A stretch of DNA of 64,000 bases, taken from the NCBI GenBank assembly GCA_964016885.1, contig OZ024740.1:397048001-397112000 (forward strand). Direction: 5' to 3'. Of the stretch, positions 1-11,058 are shown piece by piece (the stretch's first letter is position 1; each line of letters begins with the position of its first letter). Made by a program: the position numbers and the translations under genes. The notes under the pieces were generated by a model. It did not search any database, was not told the DNA's origin, and saw only the letters and a program-made list of their open reading frames with translations. The stretch is from Eledone cirrhosa (taxonomy: Eukaryota).

Positions 1-908
1 TTAACCAAAATCAGTCATGAACTTTACTTCTCAATTGTATCTATTTCCAGTAAAATTAAATGAACCTGAGAAGGTTGTGCGTTTTTGCATGGAACACAGA
101 TAATAAATTATTAAGCCATGAGTCAGTAAACTAATAACATAACTCAGTCTATGAGAATCTCTGAAAACTACGAGTTAACAATCCTCAGGCTAACAACTCA
201 AAAAATAATGTTGATCATAAAGTCAGAAGCTGAAATTCATTAATCTTTCAGATTCATCATAAAACAGAATTGAGAATGAATACTGTCACTTTATTGAACA
301 ATGCCAGAAACAAGCTGATATATATAGAATCTGCGATGTAATGTCTAACAGTCTCTTTACTTAGCTTTCTCTCTCACTCACTTTAGCTTTCTCTTTCCCT
401 GTATGTCTTATACCTATGATATATATCTTTCTTTGTATGTGGTATACCTATGATATACTGTATATATATAATATATATATATCATTGTTTAATGTTCACT
501 TTCCCTGCTCGCAAGAGTTGGATAGGTCTGCATCTCACATACAGCCGCAAGTGCACCAGCACAAGAGGGGATGAGTTTCATGATTTTGACAACTGAATGG
601 TCCTCCCAACCCATTGTTTGGCAAGATTTCTATGGCTGAATACCCTTCCTATCACCAACCACTTTGCAGTGTGTACTGGGTGCATTTATCATGTAGATCA
701 CCGACGCTCGGGAGGCTGTCTTGTCTTTGACACAACTGAAGTGTCCTCCCAACCATTTGTTTAGTAAGCTTTCTACAGCTGGATGCCTTCCCTATCACCA
801 ACCACTTTACAGTTTTAGTCCTGTAGAAGTCGTTTCTGTGTAAAAAACACACACATGTACACATATAATTATCTATGACTATCTCTCTTTCTTTATAATA
901 TATACCAT

Positions 909-1318
909 ATCATCATCATCATCATCATCACCGTTTTACGTCCGTTCTTCCACGCTAGCATGGGTTAGACGGGTTGTCCTGTTGTGGGCAGTGTCTGGTC
1001 GGCTGACCATGCCTTGCTCATACAGGAACTGATCTGGCTTGATTTCTACAGCTGGATGCCCTTCCTAACACCAACCTCATTTACAGTGAGTGCTGGGTGC
1101 TTTTTCGTGGCGCCTACACGTCCACTTTACAGTGTGGGCTGGGTGCTTTTTTGCCGTGGCACCTCCACGACCACCTTGCGGTGGGGGGGGGGGCATATTG
1201 TTTATATGCTTCAGCATGTACCCATGGGAGGTCGGGTACCCTGTATTACTGCGTGACGCCAGAAGTCACGGTCGTGTGTCATTGACTTTGAGAGGTGTAG
1301 TTGGGTAAGGTCGGCTTA
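909..1318 (-). mobile_element. 3' fragment of PHD-RTE LINE family (ORF end, 3'UTR, (GAT)n tail)
   Basis: Minus strand reads ADLTQLHLSKSMTHDRDFWRHAV, matching the C-terminus of the 22940..25678 ORF. It is followed by the shared 3'UTR (aagggcatccagctgtagaaa) and (CAT)n at ~909-930. Confidence 0.85.
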
Positions 1319-1575
1319 TACTTATATACTTGTGTATATGTCATACTCTTTTCCATGAAATACGATGTGAAAAACTACTATGTAACATATCTACTGGACC
1401 TACTGAAGCTCGGTGTGCATGTCTGCTCTATCATTATTATACTAATTCTCTTCATATTATTGTGTTCTTCCATTCTGGCATGAATTGTACAGATCTTGTG
1501 TGTTGCCTTTCTTCTTGCTCCTGCATTTCAGGTGATAAACAAAATCTACCCAAAACAGACTTTACCATTTCTTAA

Positions 1576-1799
1576 CCCTTTAGCATATACATTACTATCT
1601 ATATATACTATTACATATTTGTGGTAAAGGCCTTTATCTTACATAATTATCTTACATAATATCGAATCTACGAGATTTTAGTGTTATTTATTTTGAAAAC
1701 AATACCTCAATGTCAGTATGAGTGGCCAGTTATGACAAGTTTGAACAGAAAGAGGAGAGAGAATTCTGGCCAGATATGGCCAGTTTAAATGCTAAAGGG
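1576..1799. mobile_element. piggyBac-type MITE
   Basis: TTAA-CCCTTTAGCAT ... ATGCTAAAGGG-TTAA: terminal inverted repeats with TTAA at 1572-1575 and 1800-1803. Homologous copies at 7165 and 30732. Confidence 0.85.
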
Positions 1800-4650
1800 T
1801 TAAGTCATTTTTGTTCTCCCTCTATAATGATTATGTCCCATCAGAGCAATTGGCTGTAAAAATTCATATTTTGCAGCTCTAATTACGTTGGAGACTGAAA
1901 GCTCCAATTGGCTGTTTAGATCCAGTTCGGATCATACACATTTTATCTTGTTTCACTGATTGTTGGTCATTGTAGGACAAAACTGTGACTGTTTTGTGGA
2001 GACAGAGTAAAATATTAGCTTTGCAACATGATGACAGAATAACTGAGAGAATGGTCTGATTACTGATATACAGTATGATAGAGAAGTTGATAGTCATCTA
2101 ACATTACAGTATGGTAAAGTGCAAGAATTAAAGAACACACACACAAATCTAAAAAATTCCATCATTTATGGTGAAGATGTTGTCGGTGTGAATTCAATGA
2201 ACATTAAATTATCTGAGGAATAGAATCATTAAAGAAATGTCTGGCAAATAAAAAGACTTGAAACTCTCGCAAAAATACAAAACAAAAACAAAAAGAAAAA
2301 CCAATAATAATGATAATGAAACAAATTCAATGTTCTGGCACAACAGATCTGAAATTAAGCAATAAATTAAAGAATAAGTGGTTTTAAAAACAACGTAAAT
2401 ATAAAATAAATTGAATTAATGAAAAGATTAAAATTGACAAATAAATTATTAAAATGAATTTTCAGAAGAAATATAGAGGATGTTATTTAGTTGAAAGTAT
2501 AGAGAGAAAATTACCAAGAGAAATACAAGGAGAAATTTGGATTAAGTTAACCCTTTTATAAAACATAGGACTGTAACATAGGACTGTAGTGGTGATAACA
2601 CTAGATAACACTAGATTTCCATCACGGATGATGATAGTCTATCTTGAAGAATATTCCCAGAATATGTGGTATTTACATTTGAAAGACATTAGTAAAATGA
2701 GTGTGAAGATATTTAATGTAGTGTATTAAAACATATTAATTAATTAAAATTAATTAATATCTTTTGATACACTACATTAATGAGGAGAAAAACTGAATAG
2801 TAAAAAAATTAAACATTATAGTTATTTAATTTGTTGCTTTATATTTTCACCCCATTTAGGACAGTGGTTTGGCAGAGAAAATAACTCCTGGCATTTAATT
2901 GTGCTGATTTACATTTTCGTATTCGCTAGACAGAACTTCACTTTTCATCTTTCTATGGTTAATAAAATAAGCACCAGCCAAGCACTGGGCTCAATTTATT
3001 TAACTGTATTCTCCCTCAAAATATATGTTCTTGTGTCTGCTAGACATAAATATTTCCAGGATATTTAATTTTCACCTTTTATATTTTTCTTCAAACACTT
3101 AAAAATATCATTGTTCTTTTATTGGTTTCAGTCATTGAACTGTGAATGTCGCAGTGTATAGTTCATAACATCACCTCTTGTACATATTGACAGGCAAGAT
3201 GAAAGATAAAATAAACCTAAGCAATATTTGAACTCAGAATGTAACCTAATAACTACTGTAGTGCATTTTGCCCAGCTCTCTACCAATTCTGTTATTCACG
3301 TATAGATTGTAGCTAAGTTGTAAAACACTCTGATTTATGAAAAGAATACTTGTTTATTTAGATAAATGAATTATTTGAATAAATGAATAATTATACAATT
3401 CATTTAATACTAAAAATTGTTATATTTTCTCATTTTTTTTTTATTATACAGGTAACACAAATTACTGTTTTATGTGCTATCTATGGTACAGATCGACATT
3501 CCAGCTACAGCTAATCTTGCTGAAATTAGCTGTTACAAACTAGCTGGCTCAAACTATTTATGCGTTATCAAGCTGAATTAACTAGATAATAAAACATAAT
3601 GGATTTAGTGACTTAGTCTGAATTCATGTCTCATTTTAGCCATATACTAACAGTTAAAGATAATAGAATCTTACCAGGGATTATAACATTACTGGCGAAC
3701 ATAAAAACTCAATTAATTGCCAATATCCATTATACTAGTGATGTAACTCACAATGAAAATCAACTAAGGCAATGAACATTAGTTAAATTTTCATTCATAA
3801 ACATAAATGATGACCATAAATTAACATTTGGTTGCTGTAATTTCCAGAATATCACATAAACAGTATCACATGTTTGGATGTTATTACCACAGAGAAGCAT
3901 AGCACCTCTATTTCAGACAATCAATTACAAGATGATAAAATACACAGCATGATGCAGATCAAATACGACCATGGCATATCCACTGTCCAGGCTGTAAATT
4001 ATCTTCAAGTATCAGAATAAATTTGAACATTTTACAGGTCTGCTTGATTATGTCATGATCATGATTACAAACAGCAAAACAACAAGATTAATACGAACAG
4101 CAATAGTGATAATATTCTAACAATAATCATCACCTAATACATAGCGAGTTGCTAAAGATAGGAATCTAAAGACTGGTTATATTAATGGCTGTGTGGCTAA
4201 GGTTGCATTCATGCAACAAATGTTGCATTGTTAATTTGACTAAAGTAAACTAAAATAATATACCCATGCAAGCATGGCAGAATTGACGCTAAACGTAAAT
4301 GATGATGATGATGGCTGCAACTCAATTTCGAGTAATACCATCGCATGATACTTAAGCATGAGCAGCATGGACGTGGCTTTTTAGTCCTGCGAGGGACCTG
4401 CATATGGCCAGCCATGTCATGCATCACAAAAAATGTCACATATCAAGCGATACCTGAACTTGAAGCCTTTTTAAGTAAGGAAAGGCTTTGTATGGAGCCA
4501 GTTCCACTATCTGATCATCAAATGCATTTACCCAAAAAGAAGAACTGGTCTACATCATTGGATGCAAACCAAGTCGCAGGTTTTATATCAGAGTGACCTT
4601 CTCCTAGAGAGATGTCTTAATGAAGACATATATGAATATATATATTTATA

Positions 4651-5250
4651 TACTGATTAATGTTCAGAGCCATCCTCAGCATTCTCGTGTAGCACCCATC
4701 CACCATTTGAGTGAGTTTCTTGGTCAGTGTCCAAGTCTCAGACCCGCACAGCAGCACAGCCTCTACTACAGCAATGAAGAGGGGGATTTTCAGGTTTTTA
4801 CGAAGGTCCAACTTCCATACCGATCTCAAGCTGTGGCACGCTGCCCATGCTTTTCTCTTCCTCTCAACCACATCATCTTCCATATTCCCAATCTTTGCTC
4901 CCAAATACAGGAAGTCCTCAACCAATTCTAGCAGCTTCCCGCCTACATTAGTGAGGATGAAAAACTCAGAGCTGTATGGGAGCCTCCCAAAAGTCAGCTC
5001 AAAAGTGACACAGAGGAGACTGAGGTTAGCTGGACATGCTCACCGACATCTAGAGTTGACATTGCACTCAGTGCTCCTGTGGGAGCCCCTACATGGACAC
5101 ACTGGAAGAGGAAGACCAAGGTTAATGTATGTTGATGCCCTAAGGACAGACACTGGTCTGTTGGAGATGCAGGACATGGCAGCGATAATGAGGGAGAGAG
5201 ACCGCTGGAGAGAACTCGTCCTTGGATCTCAGGAATTTTACCCGCCCTAG
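4651..5250. mobile_element. RTE-like LINE fragment with 5' inversion
   Basis: 4651-~4940 (-) encodes VEDFLYLG...GSETWTLTK...RMLRMALNIN. ~4950-5250 (+) encodes the continuation RMKNSELYG...RRLRLAGH...GRGRPR. Confidence 0.85.
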
Positions 5251-5289
5251 AAATATGTATATAGTGTATTCAGCTTACTTTGTAAAATA

Positions 5290-5600
5290 ATAGTGCTGTT
5301 GTTATGATAAAATGTACCCAATCCACTGTGTAAAGTGGTAGTACTGGTACCATGATAAAATGCACATAGTCCACAATGTAAACTGGTAGCTATGATGAAA
5401 TGCCCCAAGTAAATACTGTGAAGTGATTTGTGTGAAGAAGAGCATCCAGCCATAGAAACCATGCCGAAATATGAACAGATTGTGATCATCCAACCCAACT
5501 AGTCTCAGACTGTGTCAACTCACCCAACTTATGCTAACATGGAAAATTGGTGAAAAATAGTAATGATGATGATATATTTTTATATGATGATGATGATATA
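5290..5600 (+). mobile_element. Degenerate RTE 3'UTR or RTE-tailed SINE
   Basis: Repeated gataaaatgcaccca..cactgtaaagtggt subunits, gagcatccagccatagaaac, and a terminal (GAT)n. Confidence 0.6.
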
Positions 5601-6119
5601 AATACACACACCAGAATAAAGATAAAATATTCTAAACCCAATACTAAACATGACTCACAAATTAATTAATAAGAGACTTCAATCAACATGAATTGTCATA
5701 AAAGACATAGCTTCATTAGTTTCATGTTGAATGTTTTGAAGAGAAAATATTGTTGTTCAATGAACTCAGGAGACCTGTTGCTTTTTGAGTTTTCAGAAGT
5801 TAATTTAAGTGCATTTATGTTAAACTTTCTAATGTAATACTTAGAGAATACTGCTTAATATTAGTTTTGGAATAATTACATCTGGTGTAGTACATATAAT
5901 TTTAGGAAAATTAATAATACAATAATTTAAAACCTCATATAATTCTATAGAATGTAAGTCGATATGGAACAGAGATGAAAGGAACAATATGTAATTAAGA
6001 TATTACATCACAGGTACATGGATAGCTATGTGGTTAAAAGTTATGTTTCCTAACTACACAACACATTGAGAAAGTGTCTCGTACTATAATTGACAACACC
6101 CTGTAAGTAAAATTTGATT

Positions 6120-6300
6120 GGCTGAAATGGAGTTCCTCCGAAGGTTCTTTGAAGTAATGATACTGAATAGGATGTTTAGTTCAGAGATCAGGAAGTCACA
6201 CCATGTAGAGCAGCTCCAATACTGTCTAGAAAGAATCACTGGACAGATTTTATAGGCAAAACCAACTGGCAGGAGAGCCAAAGGTAGACCATGTGCAAGA
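6120..6300 (+). mobile_element. Fragment of a non-PHD RTE-like LINE
   Basis: Clear similarity to 44843-45075 (aaatggagttcctcc...ctcagagatcag...ggacagattttat...gcaaaacc). Confidence 0.7.
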
Positions 6301-7164
6301 TAGTTATTTCACAAATTCATCAGAAAACAGGTAATAAGTTCAGAAGCTAAGGTGACAGTTCATTAGATAGAAGAAGAAAAAGAAAACAGTCCTTTTTTTT
6401 CACTGCATAGTCATCGAGGGAAGAGTTGTGCCCATGACCCTTTCCATGATATCTGAGAATAGTGAGATCACTGAGAATGAAACAAATCCTACAAAGCATT
6501 TAGTTACACTTTAACAATCCTCTTGCTGTGAACATCCCCATCAGACATTATGCATATGTGTGTGTATGTGTACACTGGTGTGAATTTAGTCATTTGATAA
6601 AAAGAGAGCAATAAAATAAATAACAAACTGAAATAAGTATAGAGTATAATCAATATAATGAACTAAAACCTTTAAAAGTGGTGCTTAGCATGGCCACAGA
6701 GCAATGACTGAAACAAGTAAAAGAATAAAATACAATATCATGTGTATGGAAGTCTACTTAGTTTCACTGTGAAGATGTTTTATATTAAAACCTAAGTTAA
6801 AGAGATAACCTAATAGGCTGTTGGATGATTCATTCTCCTTAGAATTTCCACACACACACTCCTTTAGCCATGTATATACACTATTGATAACATTGCAATT
6901 TCTGTAACTTGTAGCAAGTGAAGTTATTAGAAACATAAGCAATCTTTATATTATATTTGGAAGCTGTAACAGTATAAATCTGAAATTTGTTAATCCAGGC
7001 AGCTTATTTCTTATATAGTGGATTCTTATGTCAAAACCCAGAAAGGAATAACTTTCAATCATTTAGTTATATATGTGTGTATGCTTGTACATGTCTGAGT
7101 GTGAGTTGTTGTTGTTGTTTTTTATGGTCCAGTATTAGACCTGACGAAGCAGATTTATGTTTAA

Positions 7165-7385
7165 CCCGTTAGCATTTAAACTGACTGTATCCAGCCAGAA
7201 TTATCTCACCTCATTCTGTTCAAACCGGCTGTAATCAGCCACTCATACTGATGTTAAGGTATTGTTCTCAAAATAAATACTTTCAAAATCTCATAGATTC
7301 GATATTATGTGAGATAATTATGCAAGGTAAAGCCTTTACCATGAAAATATAATAGGATATATAGAGTAATATAAATGTTAAAGGG
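7165..7385. mobile_element. piggyBac-type MITE, opposite orientation to the 1576 copy
   Basis: TTAA-CCCGTTAGCATTTA ... TAAATGTTAAAGGG-TTAA. Internal sequence is the reverse complement of the 1576 copy. Confidence 0.8.
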
Positions 7386-8086
7386 TTAAAGGTTTTTCTC
7401 ATTGTGAAGTAAGATCTCGTTAGTCATAATTTTGATTCTTGAGTGAAATAGAAATGCCACACTAAAGTTTGCATAGGCAAGGTATGTTACCGAATGTTAT
7501 TTTTCTTACTATAAATTTGTAACTTTGCATTTAAGAATTCAATAAGCAAATCTTAGAGTCAAGAGATCTTAAAGTAAATATAGCAAAGAGAAAGTTTTAG
7601 TTATCAGGACAAAATACAGAATTCTATATATGCAGAAAAGAAGTAGGTAAAAATCCATAACATGTACCCTGTGTAAGCTATTGATGCTGTGGGATCACAT
7701 ACCAGCTGACTGAGATGAAAGGTGTTTGTATATAGCAGATGCACAGAATTTGTTTTATGTTAGTGAGTTAGTGGTGCTGGTGGATTTGTTACCAAAATTG
7801 CTTAATTAGTAATGGGGGAATGGTATTCTGAATGTGTAATATCCAGAGTAAATATGAGGTAGAAAATGTTTAGGGGGCTATTATTTCTATAGACAACATA
7901 GAGACCAAAGACAATATGGAGAGAAGTGCTGAAATTTGATCTCAGTAGGCTGAACCCCACAGGAGAAATAAAGGACTGTGACATGCAGCAAGATGCTGTG
8001 CTGGAAAAGCTTCACCCAACCAATGCAAGAAAAGAAACAAACTTAAAATGATAATGATGATGGTGGTGATTGAAAACTGACAAACT

Positions 8087-10356
8087 ATCATCATCATCAT
8101 CATTTTACGTCCCCTTTTCCCTGCTTGCAAGGGTGGGACGGGTCTTATTCAGCACAGCATCTCTCCACTTGTCACGGCCCTTCGTCATCTCCACCGTGAG
8201 CTTCAGCGATCTGAGGTCTGTTCTCACCACCTCCGCCCATGTTTTTCGTGGTCTACCTCTACCACATCTTCCTTCAACTGGCATTTCCTGGCACTTCTTC
8301 ACCCGTCGGTCATTCTCCATGCGCATCACATGTCCATACCACCTCAGTCTCCTCTCTCGCACACTACATTCTATCCCTCTCAGACACAGTTTCTCTCTCA
8401 ACACATTCATGCTGGGTCGATCACGCACATTGACATTGCACATCCAACGGAGCATGCTTGCCTCATTTCTCTCCAGCCATCGCATATTCTCTGCAGTTGC
8501 TGCCCATGTCTCACTACCATGCAGCATCGCGCTCCTCACACAGGCATCATATAACCGGCCTTTCATATGCAGGGAGAAACCCTTCTTCGTCAGCAGAGGA
8601 AGCAGCTCCCTAAACTTCTTCCAACCCGTCCTTATTCTAGATACTATGGCCTCGGAACACCCCCTCCCATGCTAATCTGATCTCCTAGGTACCAGAAGCT
8701 ATCCACCACTTCTATAGCACCCGCCTGCATTTGAAAAATGTGTCTATCAATGCGACTTCAACTGTCTAATTTCCCTGTACATCTACTGCATATGTATTTA
8801 TCCCTACCTGTTAGTTTGCCTGCTATCCCACTACATCTCTTGTGTACCCAGGATCTGCATTGTGTGCATTTTATAGAATTTATGCCAGTTCCTTTTCTGC
8901 ATATCGAACATGGCCATTTCCCTGATGGAATCAGAGTTTTGTCCTTTTTTCTACTCATCAACACTTTTGTCTTAGCTAGATTTACTCTCAGTCCTCTTGC
9001 TTCCAACTGCTGTTTCCATAGCCAGAATTTATTCTCTAGCTCCTCTACTGATTCTGCTATAAGAACCAGATCGTCAGCATAGAGAAGTTCCCATGGACAG
9101 CCAGTCTTAAACTCCTCTGTTATGGCTTGGAGGACTATAATGAACAAGAGCAGGCTGAGGACCGAACCTTGATGTACTCCTACTTGCATCTGGAATTCCT
9201 CACTAAACTCCATTCCTACCCTGACTTTACTGACAGTACCTCTGTACAAAGTTTGCACTGTCCTCACCACCTAGTTTCCTTAGGGACCACCAGATGACAG
9301 ATCGGGGTACCCTATCAAAGGCCTTCTCTAGGTCAACAAAGGCTAAGTATAGTGGCTTATTTTTCTGTAAGAATCTCTCTTGTAATTGTCTCATCAAGAA
9401 GAGGGCATCTGTTGTACTCTTTCCAGGCACAAAACCAAACTGCATCTCATCTAGTTTGACCCTTTCTCTAATTAGTTGTGCTAATATCCTTTCTGCCACT
9501 TTCATAATCTGATCTATCAGTTTTATACCCCTATAATTGCTCCTCTCCAGAGCACCCCCTTTACCTTTGTAGCAATTTATGAGAATACCGCTGCACCAGT
9601 CTTTGGGTATGACACCACCATATATAGCCTGATTGATGATGCGTGCAACCAGTTTAGTGCCTACGTCCCCTGATACCTTCAGCATCTCAGCAACTATCCT
9701 CGACGGTCCAGCAGCCTTACCATTGTCCATTTCCTTAATCGCCTCTTGAACCCTATATTCGTCAATCTCAATAGCTGGTCCCTCTGTCGGATCTAGTGAG
9801 GGTAATTTCTCTCTCTTCCATTCCTTCGCCACATTCATCAGTCTCTCATAATGACATTTCCAGGCCTCCTTTTTCTGATCATTTGTGACACTAAGTACAC
9901 CGGCATCATTCCGGACACATTTATCTCCAACAACATCCTGATTTGCAATGTGGAACACCACACGCCTCTGATCTTTCCATTGCAGAACATTGGCAAACCT
10001 CCTACTCTCAGCCTCCCTGCATGCTAAGTACACCTGACGTCTTGCTTCTCTCTTAGCGGCTGTATATCCTTCTCTACCCCCACCCTTTTTCCAAGCCTTC
10101 CATGCTAGTCTTTTGTCTCTAATGGCCTTATCTACTGTGCTGTTCCACCACCAGGTCACTCTCTGTCTAGTTGGAGCTCTGCTGCAGCCACAAGTTTCAT
10201 CAGGAGCCTGCAGTAAGTTGTCACGTAAGAAATTCCAGTTATTATCTATGTCATACATCTCTAAATCATCTTCTTTTTCGTCATACACATCTTGAAAGGC
10301 TTTGCTAAATTTGTATTTTAGTGAAAGGTCTTTTAGCTTCCAGACCTTTCTTCTCA
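8087..10356 (-). mobile_element. 5'-truncated, frameshifted RTE LINE with PHD finger in RT (subfamily with almost no 3'UTR)
   Basis: ORFs 9227..10372, 8758..9270 and 8105..8566 give GKAAGP, NYRGIKL, AFVDLEKAFD, QGSVLS, LYADDL, the CSIC..H..C..CSRC finger and RRLRWYGHV. The stop codon runs directly into (GAT)n. Confidence 0.95.
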
Positions 10357-10777
10357 TAAATAAGAATTGCAAAAGTTTAAAATTTTAAAAGGAAAATCTT
10401 TAATTACATACATTGCAAATTAATAGAATTTGCTAATAATTAAAGCCTCATATTTCTCTATGATGATTGTTTAGTACACACAGGAGGGGTAGAAAACAAT
10501 AGCTCTTGCTGCATCACATTAACTAGTGAAATTTATCTGGTTAATTATCAGCTTTAACCACTGCAGTTCAATGTTTGTTGGGAAGACATGGCAAGAAAGG
10601 AAGCTCAATGGTGATTTTTTTTTCCAGAGGAAGGAAAATTGGACAAAGTTTTCTCTCATCAGTAACAATGATAGATGGGCTGATGAGAGATGATGCACCA
10701 GGTGTGTTGGAGGGAATTGCTTGCTAATATAGAGAAACAAAAGGGATATTTGAAGAATTGGTAGGTTAGTAATATGT

Positions 10778-11058
10778 GGAGGCATGTGGCCTAGTGGTAA
10801 GGTTATTGGACTTATGATAATAATGTTGTGGGTTTGATTTCTAGGGTTGGTTGCGTGTTGTGTTCTTGAGCAAAATACTTCATTTCACATTGCTCCAGTA
10901 TATTCAGCTGTAAATGAGTACCAGCAATAGATGGGAGTGTAACCCTGTGATGGTATGACGTCCTGTCCAGGGGGAAGTCTTGTATTCTTAATCGCTTTAT
11001 GTCATGAAACTGGGATAAGCACCGGCCTAATGATCCTTCCGGCTTAAGACAGACTTTA
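10778..11058 (+). mobile_element. tRNA-derived SINE (degenerate)
   Basis: Box-A-like tggcctagtggtaagg and degenerate box B (gggtttgatttc). The central tgttcttgagcaa..cacattgctccagt..cagctgtaaatgagtacc block is shared with the 50575 and 61555 copies. Confidence 0.7.
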
